Shown here: positions 30,201-40,980 of the stretch, in pieces
Numbering within the stretch: position 1 is the stretch's first letter
Layout of the letters: every line of letters starts with the position of its first letter
DNA from: a virus
Lineage: Duplodnaviria > Caudoviricetes
Length of the DNA: 64,000 nucleotides
Strand: one strand, 5' to 3'
IMG/VR virus record: IMGVR_UViG_3300028591_005215
Location: 192,001 to 256,000 of that record
Program-made: the position numbers and the translations under genes
Notes under the pieces: model-generated
Databases searched by the model: none
Seen by the model: the letters and a program-made list of their open reading frames with translations, nothing else
Told to the model about the DNA's origin: nothing

Positions 30201-30788
30201 GACAATAATGGTGTAGTAACAATAAATTGTACTAATTGTCATAAATTTGAATATACATTTGGTGAAAATGTTGGCGTTAGTAGCGATGATAGTAATATAG
30301 TAACTATTAGTAATTTAGCAAATGGTACGTATCACACCGAAGTAACTGGTTATGATTCTAATGGATATAAAGTCGGCAGCTATGCAAATACAATAAAAGT
30401 TTATCCTACACCTATAAAATTTGAATTAACTTCAACTAATGGTACAACAGAAAGTGAAGATGAAGTAGGTTCTATATTAATTAATTACATAGAACTTTAT
30501 GGGTCTAATCAAAATATCATTGACTTTAATGATAGAAATAATTTTGCAACACTTTCTTCTAATGGTGGGAACGAAACTTATAAAGTTAAAGTTATTTTTT
30601 CAGGAAATTCTGATTATGATGGAAGATTATTTTTTGATAGTAATTTAGGCAAAATATTTTTTGTTTTTGAAACTAAAAACATACCTGCTGGAATTTATAG
30701 TATTACATTGCAAGAATATTGTGGGGAAAGCCCTACAGAAAATAAACTTACACGTAGTATACAAATAAACGATACTGATGGACAATAA
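27258..30788 (+). CDS. Large virion structural protein (baseplate/tail)
   Basis: 1176 aa in the baseplate operon; GVIVGRV...GIPNAKVSV beta-sandwich-type N-terminus; Ig-like C-terminus. Confidence 0.65.
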   Translation: MDKTLRIKADIGKDKVLHLNMKQNVDLFEILSLQLSQEDAYKIHSANYGVIVGRVLANDAFGIPNAKVSVFIPLTDEDSLNNDLVNLYPYKEVNDTNKNGKRYNILPNYSENKCYSKVGTFPSKRLVLDNDSMLEVYDKYYKYTTTTNKAGDYMIFGVPTGSTQIHVDIDLSDIGIISQKPRDLISKGYSINQFQSPTKFNESNTLDDLAQLYSQNETVMVYPFWGDENFEQIAISRKDVSIQYEFTTSCVFLGSVITDSRNNNISFDCDVSENMGEMSQLVPNEGTIEMIRKTPYGNVEELVIKGNQLIDSDGTWCYQIPMNLDYVGMDEKGNIVPTNDPTKGIPTRASVRFRFSLTENSDSTISRHKAKYLVPNNPKINDGGLRSPILVDDDYDNMYEFGTNTPDSCFRDLLWDCVYSVKNYIPRTQINNYLSQYYTGIKGVNKESSSSKNIFPYNKIRTKVNLSTNEILSNFWDDFFSEKAEVKQFQYVFWDSAVNRTQYPELDTYIESVLEEDDAISLDFYNDWINGCLYFPLWYWRNNATNSLNGNVSYIDTFCSSSKSYNNLILADTGNLPICFEGYGGLASDTMYVKNHLIYDNNKNALNDAPRTNGKYSFFYRIFNYFRNLYTTYFDDVVYRYDKIINYMKLNNGLIKNVLNKDGINIYYYNSSQYSEGTSNKIIRRLYSTDIILLGSLSDSDINGIPKFSNIYPMSSCNLPPMGTHSDDEGNNSVTGMHWGTSKDDENIDLDDEGYRMRKGLFFGTRRNWYTFYEYIWLLIGRKEYKSIITAYTSPKTFINLERICELGVSLDMPIADKNGDGLITVDEIQDNYSRQIFSTLNSNTLLVSDDSVNSITGYNFYKLKYLCPYDFNGLLKNYKEYYANDSDATIPEEENGFDEVDNDYLKFRFGETPKFYIKRPNDEYFFPLYNNSFYFYFGINEGSTAIDKFKRDYIDECLTDSDSTSNMNVQINYTASTYCNDNNGVVTINCTNCHKFEYTFGENVGVSSDDSNIVTISNLANGTYHTEVTGYDSNGYKVGSYANTIKVYPTPIKFELTSTNGTTESEDEVGSILINYIELYGSNQNIIDFNDRNNFATLSSNGGNETYKVKVIFSGNSDYDGRLFFDSNLGKIFFVFETKNIPAGIYSITLQEYCGESPTENKLTRSIQINDTDGQ

Positions 30789-33700
30789 TAAGATATTTTT
30801 ACCTATAAATAATAGCAAAAAATCCAATAATTCATCTTTTTATTTGGATGTAGATTTATTATCCAATAAAAAGATGTTTACTGACAATAATATTGTTGGA
30901 ACGATAAATGCATATGATAGGTATAGGTATGAGAGAAAACAAAGTAATAAAGTAAGACTTACTGTTAATATTAACGCTATATGCAGTAATGTTTTATTTA
31001 ACCCTGTTACTGAAATAATTAGGTATGAGGGTTCTGACAGTGCAACATCTATTAACTACGAAACTATTAAAAATGGGAACATAAAGGATAAAGACGGTAG
31101 TAACCCTATAAAACCTAAAGATGGTGATGATAAATCATTTGAATGGAATTCATATCAAGCAGTGCGTGATACTCAACTATCAAATGGAGATTATGGGTTT
31201 ACTTATCATTGCGGTACTGATATTTTTAATAATCATTTATTCAGGAACAATTCTTTTAACCTTGTATTATATAACGATGATAAAAAGTCTAATATAGATG
31301 AAACATTTAATACAATAGATGATTGGATGCGTAACGAAAAAGGTGAAATTATTAAAAGGGGTTTTATTGCTGAAGAAGATGGTAATATTATATATTCTAT
31401 AACAGGACTTTATATACAAGCAGAACCGCACCTTAAAAATGGGGTTGTTGATTATCATGATATGTACTGCACGTTTAATATTAATATTTTTGCATCAAAA
31501 AATATAAAAAATTCTCCAGAGAATACATTATTTGGCAAATTTTTTATTAGTGATGATGGAAAAAATGAAAAATACGAAGTAGAATATCATTATACTGGTT
31601 TTGAATTAAAAGAAAATAAAGAAACAACTTTATTAATACAAGATGTATATGTAGGCTCTACAACAAGATGGGATAAGTTAAATTTCGGAATGGATGACAA
31701 TTATTCTGACTATGCTTTGTCAGTTAATTCCAGAATTGAAAATATGTATAACAACAAATATCCAGTGTCTTATTATTTAAAAGATTCGTCAGCATATAAG
31801 AAATTTTACAAGCAATCACATCTTTATCAAAAAAACGGCTTTAATAGTTTTGATAACTCATTAAAAAATAACTTATTAGAAGTCAACGGGTGGTTTGGTT
31901 TTAAAAATAAAGGAAAAATTCAATTAAAAAATTGCACTGTATTAAATAGCAGTAAAAAATTACCTATATATAATGTTATTAATAACAAATTGAATGGCGA
32001 ATTTATTGATATGTATCCAGAACGTGATTTATTTTCATTCACACCGAAATATAATGAATATAGGAATAGAATAGAGCCTAATTGGGACTATTGCTTGACA
32101 TATCCTAGTTCGTCTACAACTGAAGGTATTAGTTTTATTAATAGTGAAATTAATAGCCTTAAAATAGAAGTATTTAATGAAAATATTAAAGATGATAATG
32201 GTGTTGATGTAATAACTTTTTATTCTGTTTCACAGCATGGTTTAAGTGAAGGCGACTATGTAAACATTTATTCAGATAATGAATTGATTATATCAAATGC
32301 CACAGTTTCATTAGTATATAGTAAATATATATTTCAGATATACAGAAATGGAGTGACAATTTCGAATAAATGGTATGAACTGAAAGATGAAGATACTAAA
32401 GGAAATACATTAGTTGTTGATGGCATAACATATTTTAAGAACCAATCTCTAAACAATGTTAGATATGTAGAAACATATGAATCCAAGAACTATGTATATT
32501 GTGCCGTTCCTGATACTAATAAAATTTCATTGGACAGAACTACTACTAACATTTCTTTCAAAAAAGTTGTAAATGGTATTGAATGCAATTATTATGTAAG
32601 AATTTTTTCAAAAATACCTAATTTTAAGTTTTCTGACATCGAAATAAATGATAAAACACTGTATGATAATGATAGTACATTAATAGCTGATTATTCTAAT
32701 AGTGATAATATGTTCGAAAGTCACATAAATAAATTAGGATTTTCAAAGAATATATATGGTGATAGCATAAATGAAATCGTTTTTACTGATGATATAGATT
32801 TGTCATATTTAAAAGATAATCTTGGTAGACCATTAAGTGATATTTATTTGTCAATATTTAAGCGTAATAAAGGATATAAAAAATGGTATGGAATAGATGA
32901 CTATGGCAATCCTACAGAATGTAATACAAAAGATAGCGAAATTGAATATTCACACTGCTTCGGTAAAAATAGCTGTGGTTTTATTTTATCAGATGAGTCA
33001 TCGGATGATACAAGATATGAAGATGTACGTTCAATATGCACTACAGGTAAAGAAGGTGTTATAATGGGTGTGATAAACAAAGATGCAACTAAAAGATATG
33101 GTGCTGATGAAATAATCTTTGATGCTGATAAAAATTTCTATGGAGATTTATGCTATTATTCACCTACTGATGCTAATGAGGTGTGTATACAGCCTATATT
33201 CAATAGATTTAATACAGCGCAACGTGAATTAACAAAAAGCAATAGTATTGCTTACAAATCATTTAGTTCATTTACATATGATGAAATAATAAATGATGAA
33301 GGTCACACAAGAGAACCGTCATCAACATACCATAAAAATCATTCAGAACAGAGGATTTATAACCCACTTACAAGGGATGAAGGCTATTACTATAAAGCGC
33401 ATTATAAAATACCTGTTAAGACTATTTCAGCAGATTTAAGCAAAGAAAAAGCTATAACACATACAATTTTATCTTTAGAATATCAAGATGATGAATTAAT
33501 AATATATACTGACGATGTTAATTATTTTTCCATTAATGATAAATTTACTATATACGATAAAATTGATAATGTATTGTATAATGGCATAGTTTCAAAATTA
33601 ATTACTGATAAAAAATTTTTGTGCTATATTTTAGATGAAAATAATATTGATGTCAAATTACCTTATATAAATGATATATCAAGATATATATTATTAACAC

Positions 33701-34020
33701 GTGATGATACAACCCCATCATATGCAAAAATAATTAAAGATGGCTCTTGCGAATTTTATTGGCGAGATGTTATACAAAACGGCTTTGATGATAATTCAAA
33801 TGTTGAAGAATACCCATTTACAAACAATGCGTTATATATCAATAGAAATATAAATTTTTATTTGAGAAGACAAGACGCTGATGGTAGCTTAGGATTAAAT
33901 TATAACTATAATGTTAGTCAAAGTAATAATTACACATTATCTTATGAATTTGATTCTGAAAAAATGCCAGAAGAAATTGAAGATAACTACACATCTGAAG
34001 AAAATTTGAAAGAATGCTAA
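30778..34020 (+). CDS. Large putative virion structural protein
   Basis: 1080 aa, overlaps both neighbours in the baseplate operon. Confidence 0.6.
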   Translation: MDNNKIFLPINNSKKSNNSSFYLDVDLLSNKKMFTDNNIVGTINAYDRYRYERKQSNKVRLTVNINAICSNVLFNPVTEIIRYEGSDSATSINYETIKNGNIKDKDGSNPIKPKDGDDKSFEWNSYQAVRDTQLSNGDYGFTYHCGTDIFNNHLFRNNSFNLVLYNDDKKSNIDETFNTIDDWMRNEKGEIIKRGFIAEEDGNIIYSITGLYIQAEPHLKNGVVDYHDMYCTFNINIFASKNIKNSPENTLFGKFFISDDGKNEKYEVEYHYTGFELKENKETTLLIQDVYVGSTTRWDKLNFGMDDNYSDYALSVNSRIENMYNNKYPVSYYLKDSSAYKKFYKQSHLYQKNGFNSFDNSLKNNLLEVNGWFGFKNKGKIQLKNCTVLNSSKKLPIYNVINNKLNGEFIDMYPERDLFSFTPKYNEYRNRIEPNWDYCLTYPSSSTTEGISFINSEINSLKIEVFNENIKDDNGVDVITFYSVSQHGLSEGDYVNIYSDNELIISNATVSLVYSKYIFQIYRNGVTISNKWYELKDEDTKGNTLVVDGITYFKNQSLNNVRYVETYESKNYVYCAVPDTNKISLDRTTTNISFKKVVNGIECNYYVRIFSKIPNFKFSDIEINDKTLYDNDSTLIADYSNSDNMFESHINKLGFSKNIYGDSINEIVFTDDIDLSYLKDNLGRPLSDIYLSIFKRNKGYKKWYGIDDYGNPTECNTKDSEIEYSHCFGKNSCGFILSDESSDDTRYEDVRSICTTGKEGVIMGVINKDATKRYGADEIIFDADKNFYGDLCYYSPTDANEVCIQPIFNRFNTAQRELTKSNSIAYKSFSSFTYDEIINDEGHTREPSSTYHKNHSEQRIYNPLTRDEGYYYKAHYKIPVKTISADLSKEKAITHTILSLEYQDDELIIYTDDVNYFSINDKFTIYDKIDNVLYNGIVSKLITDKKFLCYILDENNIDVKLPYINDISRYILLTRDDTTPSYAKIIKDGSCEFYWRDVIQNGFDDNSNVEEYPFTNNALYINRNINFYLRRQDADGSLGLNYNYNVSQSNNYTLSYEFDSEKMPEEIEDNYTSEENLKEC

Positions 34021-36848
34021 AATATAGTTTAAAAGCACATATGACGCCAGAATTAAATAAGTTAAGCGTAAGGGAAACTTATTTATCAAAAGATTTGTCT
34101 TACATATCTGGTGTTACTGACTATTTCGAAGGCATAAGGGATGGCGAAGAAGTTTCTTTGTCAAGCCCTTATGTTGAAAATAAAATCCAAACTAAAATAA
34201 ATTTAGACTTAGTCAGAAGACAAGGGTATGTTATAACTAAGGAACGTAAATCTATTAATTCAGTAGACGTTATTGATTATGATGAAGTAAAAACTGTTCG
34301 TTATATTGAATATAACGGAAATTTTTATTACGAATATGCAAACAATGGACTAAAAGGATTTTTAATAGAAGGATTTTTTTATAGGACAAATGATGATACT
34401 GTTACAATCACAGTAAAAAATTGGATAGAAAATGGTGTTGTATGGATAAAGGGTGAAAAATATAGGGTAGACACTAATTTAATACCAAATGATGACTATA
34501 AAACAGGTTACGAGCCACCAGTAATAAAAAAATATGGCAACGATGAACTGTTAACTACCATAGATGACAATGAAATATCAGTAAAGGACTATGAATATAA
34601 TAAATGGTTTAATTGCTATAAATTTTTAATAAAAGCTTCAGATAATAATGAAATTGACGTAGTAAGCTCAACACCTGCGATGTATTATCCTTTTATCATA
34701 TACAAAAATGACGTCTATGATTTTTTTGACTATGGTGAAGGAAATGATACTGAATATGGAGTACTAGTTGAAGGAAATTTTTATAAAAATGATTCTTTTG
34801 ATAGTGTAGAAGAATATAATTATACTGATGAAGCTACTTTAAAAGTAGGTGATGAAGAAGTAAACATTGAATCCTTGCTTAAAACTAATGAATCAGCTAT
34901 TTACTCAGTTTTAAAAAGCAAAACTGATATATCAACATATAAATTATATGATATTATAATAGCAGAAAGCAACTACCCATATTCTGAACTTGACGTAATA
35001 GACGACACTTTTGTCTTTTTTGATAATCAGAAATATTTGATTAAAAATAATGTTGGCGACTATGTTACAATAAATAATGAAGACTATAAAATAGAATACA
35101 CTGATTCTGATTTACTTTCAGGTAAAATAGTAGTTAATGGTAACTCAATTCCTTTAACATTTTTCAATGAAGAAATTGTAAATGAAGATACTACTAGCAA
35201 TGAGATGAAAACTATTAAGAAATGCTATTACACTAACAAAATATATACAAAAAGTGGTGATAGCGTGATTTATTCATATCAAAATGAATCAACTGACGTT
35301 TCAGCATACACTGTTACTGAAGTTGATGGCATAGTTATAGATGACGTTGTTTATCCAATATACTACACAAAAGATGGCACTTCAAAATTCTGCAAATTAA
35401 ATAAACCTGAAAAATATGAATTTGAGATTATTGATATATTAGGTAGTGATTCATTGCTATTAAGTCCTGTAGTTAATAATGACGATTATGTAATAAAAGA
35501 AACTGTTAACAGAAAATTATATAAAAATTTAGAATCTTTTCACTTTTATCTAAAAAATAATATTTTTGGCGATGATAATATTACACCTGAAGTGGCAGCA
35601 GTATTGGCTGCAACATCAAATAGACCTATATCAACTAAAGACGTTAATTTAACCTTAAATAAATTAGCTATCTACCAAATAAGTGACTATATAACATTAC
35701 CTATATCTTTGGGTAATAAAATAGGTGCTAATGTTAATGCTGATGATGTTTTGCAAAATGAATTTGTGAACGAAAAAACAGAAGAGGGTGTTAATTCAAT
35801 AGTAGATATGGAAAAAGATGTATATTACCCTGGTTATTATATGGGTGATGGGTTTGCACCAATTACTAAATTAGTTTTTAACTTACATTTTAGGACAAGG
35901 AATAAAGATTCATGGAAAATAAATGAAGATAACACTGAAGAATTAGGTGGAATACCAATTAAAGGCTATATAAAACCATTTAATTCAAATGGTGAAATAT
36001 CAGTGGATAAAAAAGAAATAGTCAATTATGGGACAAATTTAGCCAATTCTAATTGGTTTGTAATTGACAATTATTATTATGACTTGTATGAAGATAAACT
36101 TCTTTTGCAAAATTCATCTGATTTAATGGGATTATTGAATTTTACGGATGAAGATGTTAAGTATAGGAAAAATAAAATAGGGAAATCGTTTTTAAGATTA
36201 TCATTTTACAGTACTAATAGCCCGCATACACAAGTTTTGCTGTCAACTTCTACAATATTTATGGATGAAAATTCTTTATATAAGAAATATATGGATTTTA
36301 GTTCTAATGGGAATTTTATTAATGTTAACACAAATGAAATAACTAAAAATATTAATGTATTATCAGAAAATTATACTAATGGCAATGTAATAGAAATTAA
36401 AACTAATAAAAGATTAGATAGCAGTATTACTGTCAATAATAAATATTCAACAAATACTTCTTCAGAAGGCTTTTATTTATATTTATTTAGAGATTATTCA
36501 ACAAAATTAAGGGAAAACACTATATATCTTAAAATAGATTTTTGTCATGCAGGTACAGGTTTAGTTTTACCTTTCATAATACCAACTAATGAAGAAGGGA
36601 CTGAACCTTTATATATGGATAATTATTCTGATGTTGAATTAATGAAAAAAGGTGTGGCTATGACAGATTTATACAATAAAATGTATATACCAATAAAAGT
36701 TATTTATTCTGAAAAAGATAAAAAATACTTTTATTATTTACCTGAACGATTTGTAGAAAATGATAAAATGGGTGTTGAAAATAGCACTATGTTATTTAAC
36801 TTATTTGAATTAAAAATTAAAAATCAATCTTATGAAACAGATTATTAA
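34014..36848 (+). CDS. Large putative virion structural protein
   Basis: 944 aa, beta-rich, operon context. Confidence 0.6.
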   Translation: MLKYSLKAHMTPELNKLSVRETYLSKDLSYISGVTDYFEGIRDGEEVSLSSPYVENKIQTKINLDLVRRQGYVITKERKSINSVDVIDYDEVKTVRYIEYNGNFYYEYANNGLKGFLIEGFFYRTNDDTVTITVKNWIENGVVWIKGEKYRVDTNLIPNDDYKTGYEPPVIKKYGNDELLTTIDDNEISVKDYEYNKWFNCYKFLIKASDNNEIDVVSSTPAMYYPFIIYKNDVYDFFDYGEGNDTEYGVLVEGNFYKNDSFDSVEEYNYTDEATLKVGDEEVNIESLLKTNESAIYSVLKSKTDISTYKLYDIIIAESNYPYSELDVIDDTFVFFDNQKYLIKNNVGDYVTINNEDYKIEYTDSDLLSGKIVVNGNSIPLTFFNEEIVNEDTTSNEMKTIKKCYYTNKIYTKSGDSVIYSYQNESTDVSAYTVTEVDGIVIDDVVYPIYYTKDGTSKFCKLNKPEKYEFEIIDILGSDSLLLSPVVNNDDYVIKETVNRKLYKNLESFHFYLKNNIFGDDNITPEVAAVLAATSNRPISTKDVNLTLNKLAIYQISDYITLPISLGNKIGANVNADDVLQNEFVNEKTEEGVNSIVDMEKDVYYPGYYMGDGFAPITKLVFNLHFRTRNKDSWKINEDNTEELGGIPIKGYIKPFNSNGEISVDKKEIVNYGTNLANSNWFVIDNYYYDLYEDKLLLQNSSDLMGLLNFTDEDVKYRKNKIGKSFLRLSFYSTNSPHTQVLLSTSTIFMDENSLYKKYMDFSSNGNFINVNTNEITKNINVLSENYTNGNVIEIKTNKRLDSSITVNNKYSTNTSSEGFYLYLFRDYSTKLRENTIYLKIDFCHAGTGLVLPFIIPTNEEGTEPLYMDNYSDVELMKKGVAMTDLYNKMYIPIKVIYSEKDKKYFYYLPERFVENDKMGVENSTMLFNLFELKIKNQSYETDY

Positions 36849-39800
36849 GAAAATATCAATGGAAGATATGAAATCAAGATTACCTGGGATTATACCTTCT
36901 TTAAATAAAAAATGGGTTATTAATTATGGTAATTATTATTCTGAATATGAATCATATTCAGAAGCATACCGTGATGCAATAAACGCATCCATTGATGTTT
37001 CTAAAATCGAAGAAAAAGTTGAATTTACTGACATATATACTGATAATATAGCTAATGCCAAAATTAATGGAAATTATGGTATGATTCCAAGTGATATAGA
37101 AATACCTTATGAATATATTGACTATATAACTGATTATACAGATATATACATTAATATACCAGATGATAATGGTGGGTATTACACAATTAATCAAATAAGT
37201 AAGAAAGACTTATTGAATAGGGCTGAAGAAGGGTCTATTTATTATTTCTATTACGGAAGGGATATTTACTCTATTAACTGTACATCCAAAACAAAATATT
37301 TAGAAATAGTTGACGTTCTTGAACGTGCCAAAAAACATAAGTTTTTAACATATAGAACGTTGCAAAAATGGTATTCATTTTTTAATGAATACCATAATTT
37401 GCTTAATTCTGGTAAAGGTAAAACTAAATATAAAAATGCGCTTGAATATTACGAATATGAAATAGAAGATAAAAGTAATAATGAATTGAAAAAATATGAA
37501 GAATACGATTCATTATATAATTCAAGAGGTGGTGATTATTTTTATAACTGGATTAATATGACTTGTTTGCCTAAATATAGGCTGCCAAAAAAATTCATAG
37601 AAAAAAATGGGTTCTCTTATTTGTATTATGGCACTGCAATTAAATTTTATTATTGGCTTAAAGAACGTTATGAGAAATATAATAAATTTCTTGATAATGC
37701 TAATAAATATACATTTAGTATTAATGTGTCAGAAAAAACAAATGACATTAAAGGGCTTGGTATAGATAATGCTTTGTTTACAAGCGAACTTGTTGATAAA
37801 GATTATTCTGATTACAACCTATATACTATTGAAGAGAATACAAATGACTTAGATTTTAATAGCTTTATGCTAGATGGAGATAATATAGTTAGTTGGCCTG
37901 AAATCATCGTAACACCGAAAGCATATACTGATTCTGATTTAAAAACTATTTGTATGTCTTCTGATGATTGTTGTGACTGCTTTAAATATTTTAAACGTGG
38001 TGGCAATGAGCTTTATTATGATTTAAAGGATTGGGTAGATAGCCTATCTACAAAGCCAACATCATTAAAATCAGCATCATTAGTCATACCAATAACTTTA
38101 TCAGTAAATATTGATGATATTGGCGAAATGGCTATATTTTCTAATGAATACAAAGAAAAAACAAATTATAAACCTACAATTAGCACTGACGAAAACGGTG
38201 GTACTGTTGTTAATAGACCTATAATAACTAATAATGAAACAGGTGACATTTTTGTTGATAATAATGTTTATATGATTAAAAATGAATCAGTTGGATATAT
38301 CCAAAATGATTATAAAGAAAATGTGTTCAACGAAGAAGATTGGATTGATTATACTGGATATTATGTTAACAAACATAAAAATGAATTTGTAACTGACATT
38401 TTAGAATTTGCTTACAATGACAATGGTAAAATAGTATATAATCCTTCAGATGAAAATATGTCTATTGACTATGATATAAACTATTATGATAATGGATTTT
38501 TCCTAATAAATGATAAAATTTATCCTGTAGAGCTTAAAAAATATGTTTATTATAAAGGCTTCAAAAATTCATTGGCTAATGGACTTATGCTTTCAGTAGA
38601 TGAAACTGCTGACGGCCAATATTACACTAAAATAAATAATAGGATATTTTACGCAATAAAAAAAGGTAACAATTATTATTTTAATTTTAAAACTTATAAA
38701 GCATGCATTGATACATCTGATTATGATTGTGAAGTATTGCCTGAAAAGGATGGTAAAATAGGTTGCATAAAATTCGCTAATACTTTATATGTAGCAGATA
38801 AAAATGTTTTAACGATTGATATAAATGGCACTGATACAACTTTTACTAAAATAGATGGGTATGTTGACACTAAAGAAGGAAGATTCTACATTAAAGATAA
38901 TAAAATTTTTGAAATAGAATCTGAATTAAGTAATGTAGATTGGAAAAAATATGATGTAAAAGATGGCAAATTAAAAATTGTACATCCTTATACCATATAT
39001 AAATGTGATGAAATAAGTGGCCACACAAATTCTAAATTGGACTTATTTAGGCAAACTAACGTCTTGCATGATGATTTAGGTAATGAAATGCCTGGATACT
39101 ATGAACCTTCATATGATGAAAGGACAAAAACAAAATATGCCCAACCATATAATGATTGCTTACTTGATTTATATTATAAGGTTGGTAATGTTTCACAATT
39201 GTCTAAAAATAACAATTTAACCATAGATGGTGATTCAGAAAAACAATTTTTCAATGGCAATATTATGGAATCAATGGAAATATACCACACAATAAATGGT
39301 AAGAAATTAGAAAAAAGTTCTATAATATTAAATAATTCCATGAACGATTATGACAAAAAGAATGTTTTAACTACAATAGAATTGTCAATGGATATAGTGA
39401 ATACTTTTCTCAATAGTGATAATGAAAAAGAACTTGAAAAATACGTAGATGACATTTCCAATTTAAATGAAGCTGTCATTGAAACACATTGCGTTTTTAC
39501 CTATTATATAGGGGCTATTCTAAGAGAACGTATTACGCTAAAAGAATATAATGAATATAGTGGGTATGAACTTGCAGCTGGTAAAAATCATGGGGTTAAG
39601 TATGTGGAAGACGATGTATTAAAATTGGAAAATTGTTTATATAATTTATTGGATGGCTCTTCTTTTACTCTAAGATATTATAATATTATTCAAAACACAA
39701 GAAGAATCACACTTAATGATTATAATAATCAACTAAAGGATGTGAATGACGCTATATTTTATAGTAATATAAAATTATTAGGCTTAGATAATAATGGTGA

Positions 39801-40053
39801 TGTAGTTGTCACTAAAGAAGAATTCACACATGAAAATGGTTTTGACCAATTAAATAACACAATAGCTGCGCCTGTTTTCAGAAAAGAATATGATTTTGGC
39901 GTAGCATTACCTCAAAATATCAAATCTGATATTTATATAGACAGAGGTATAAACAAAGCCTTAGACAAACATTTAAGGCTTCAAGAGATAAGTGATATGA
40001 ACTCTTTACTACAATATGGTAATGGTTCAGTTTTTAATATAATAGAAAATTAA
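36832..40053 (+). CDS. Large putative virion structural protein
   Basis: 1073 aa, operon context. Confidence 0.6.
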   Translation: MKQIIKKISMEDMKSRLPGIIPSLNKKWVINYGNYYSEYESYSEAYRDAINASIDVSKIEEKVEFTDIYTDNIANAKINGNYGMIPSDIEIPYEYIDYITDYTDIYINIPDDNGGYYTINQISKKDLLNRAEEGSIYYFYYGRDIYSINCTSKTKYLEIVDVLERAKKHKFLTYRTLQKWYSFFNEYHNLLNSGKGKTKYKNALEYYEYEIEDKSNNELKKYEEYDSLYNSRGGDYFYNWINMTCLPKYRLPKKFIEKNGFSYLYYGTAIKFYYWLKERYEKYNKFLDNANKYTFSINVSEKTNDIKGLGIDNALFTSELVDKDYSDYNLYTIEENTNDLDFNSFMLDGDNIVSWPEIIVTPKAYTDSDLKTICMSSDDCCDCFKYFKRGGNELYYDLKDWVDSLSTKPTSLKSASLVIPITLSVNIDDIGEMAIFSNEYKEKTNYKPTISTDENGGTVVNRPIITNNETGDIFVDNNVYMIKNESVGYIQNDYKENVFNEEDWIDYTGYYVNKHKNEFVTDILEFAYNDNGKIVYNPSDENMSIDYDINYYDNGFFLINDKIYPVELKKYVYYKGFKNSLANGLMLSVDETADGQYYTKINNRIFYAIKKGNNYYFNFKTYKACIDTSDYDCEVLPEKDGKIGCIKFANTLYVADKNVLTIDINGTDTTFTKIDGYVDTKEGRFYIKDNKIFEIESELSNVDWKKYDVKDGKLKIVHPYTIYKCDEISGHTNSKLDLFRQTNVLHDDLGNEMPGYYEPSYDERTKTKYAQPYNDCLLDLYYKVGNVSQLSKNNNLTIDGDSEKQFFNGNIMESMEIYHTINGKKLEKSSIILNNSMNDYDKKNVLTTIELSMDIVNTFLNSDNEKELEKYVDDISNLNEAVIETHCVFTYYIGAILRERITLKEYNEYSGYELAAGKNHGVKYVEDDVLKLENCLYNLLDGSSFTLRYYNIIQNTRRITLNDYNNQLKDVNDAIFYSNIKLLGLDNNGDVVVTKEEFTHENGFDQLNNTIAAPVFRKEYDFGVALPQNIKSDIYIDRGINKALDKHLRLQEISDMNSLLQYGNGSVFNIIEN

Positions 40054-40063
40054 AAGTAATATA

Positions 40064-40966
40064 ATGTCAGCAGGAGTATATGGCATTTCAGTGCCAGCAA
40101 ACATAGATTCTTCATTGGTGGATATTTATTATGCATATCATAAAACCAGAAATAGTGATAATTCACGAAATGCAGTATTTACAAAATTGCCATCAAGTAT
40201 TTTGGCAAATGCACTATATGATGGTGGTGATTCAACTGATAATGTTCTTGAAGGTATGTATAATCTTAAATTGCCTTTGGAATATTTCAATCAAAAAGGG
40301 TTCTATACAATTTACATAAAGCCAAAAGAAATACCAGCAGTTATTGCTGATATTAGCACGCTAGCTGCACATTCTAATATAAATGGCATAGTATTAGATT
40401 CATCAAGTATTGAAGATTCTTTAATAAGGACAAAAGTTTTGACAAATAACTCATTAGTTGGGTGGAGGATAATTTATATTGACGATAATGGTGATAGACA
40501 AGACTATTATAGGCTAATAACTAGCAATAACAAATGCGAACCTATAGTAATGGCTTCTAATAGCTCAAGTGATAAATCATACACATATAGGTATAATGAA
40601 AATTCTACATTATCATTTTTAACTGTAACACCGTCTTCAGCACCAAGTTTTAAAGCTAATGCTGCGCCTTATATTGGAAAACCTACGCAGCGTATTTTGC
40701 TCGTTAATACGATGTTTGAGCCTGTTATGATAGATTTAGAATTAGTAGAGCATGATGCTGACACTATTTCAACAATGCTTGAAGGTTCGCAACTTAGAAG
40801 CCTTGATAACGGCTTAATCACTACATTTAATAGTGATAATGAAATTTATAATCAGTCTGAAAACTTTACACTTAAAGATAGTGAAACAGGACAACCTATT
40901 TATGAAGTAAAACAAAACAGAACAAATAATGTTGACTATTCTCAAACATTAGATGATAAAATTTAA
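40064..40966 (+). CDS. Putative baseplate/tail structural protein
   Basis: 300 aa, operon context. Confidence 0.6.
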   Translation: MSAGVYGISVPANIDSSLVDIYYAYHKTRNSDNSRNAVFTKLPSSILANALYDGGDSTDNVLEGMYNLKLPLEYFNQKGFYTIYIKPKEIPAVIADISTLAAHSNINGIVLDSSSIEDSLIRTKVLTNNSLVGWRIIYIDDNGDRQDYYRLITSNNKCEPIVMASNSSSDKSYTYRYNENSTLSFLTVTPSSAPSFKANAAPYIGKPTQRILLVNTMFEPVMIDLELVEHDADTISTMLEGSQLRSLDNGLITTFNSDNEIYNQSENFTLKDSETGQPIYEVKQNRTNNVDYSQTLDDKI

Positions 40967-40980
40967 GTTAATTTAAGGGT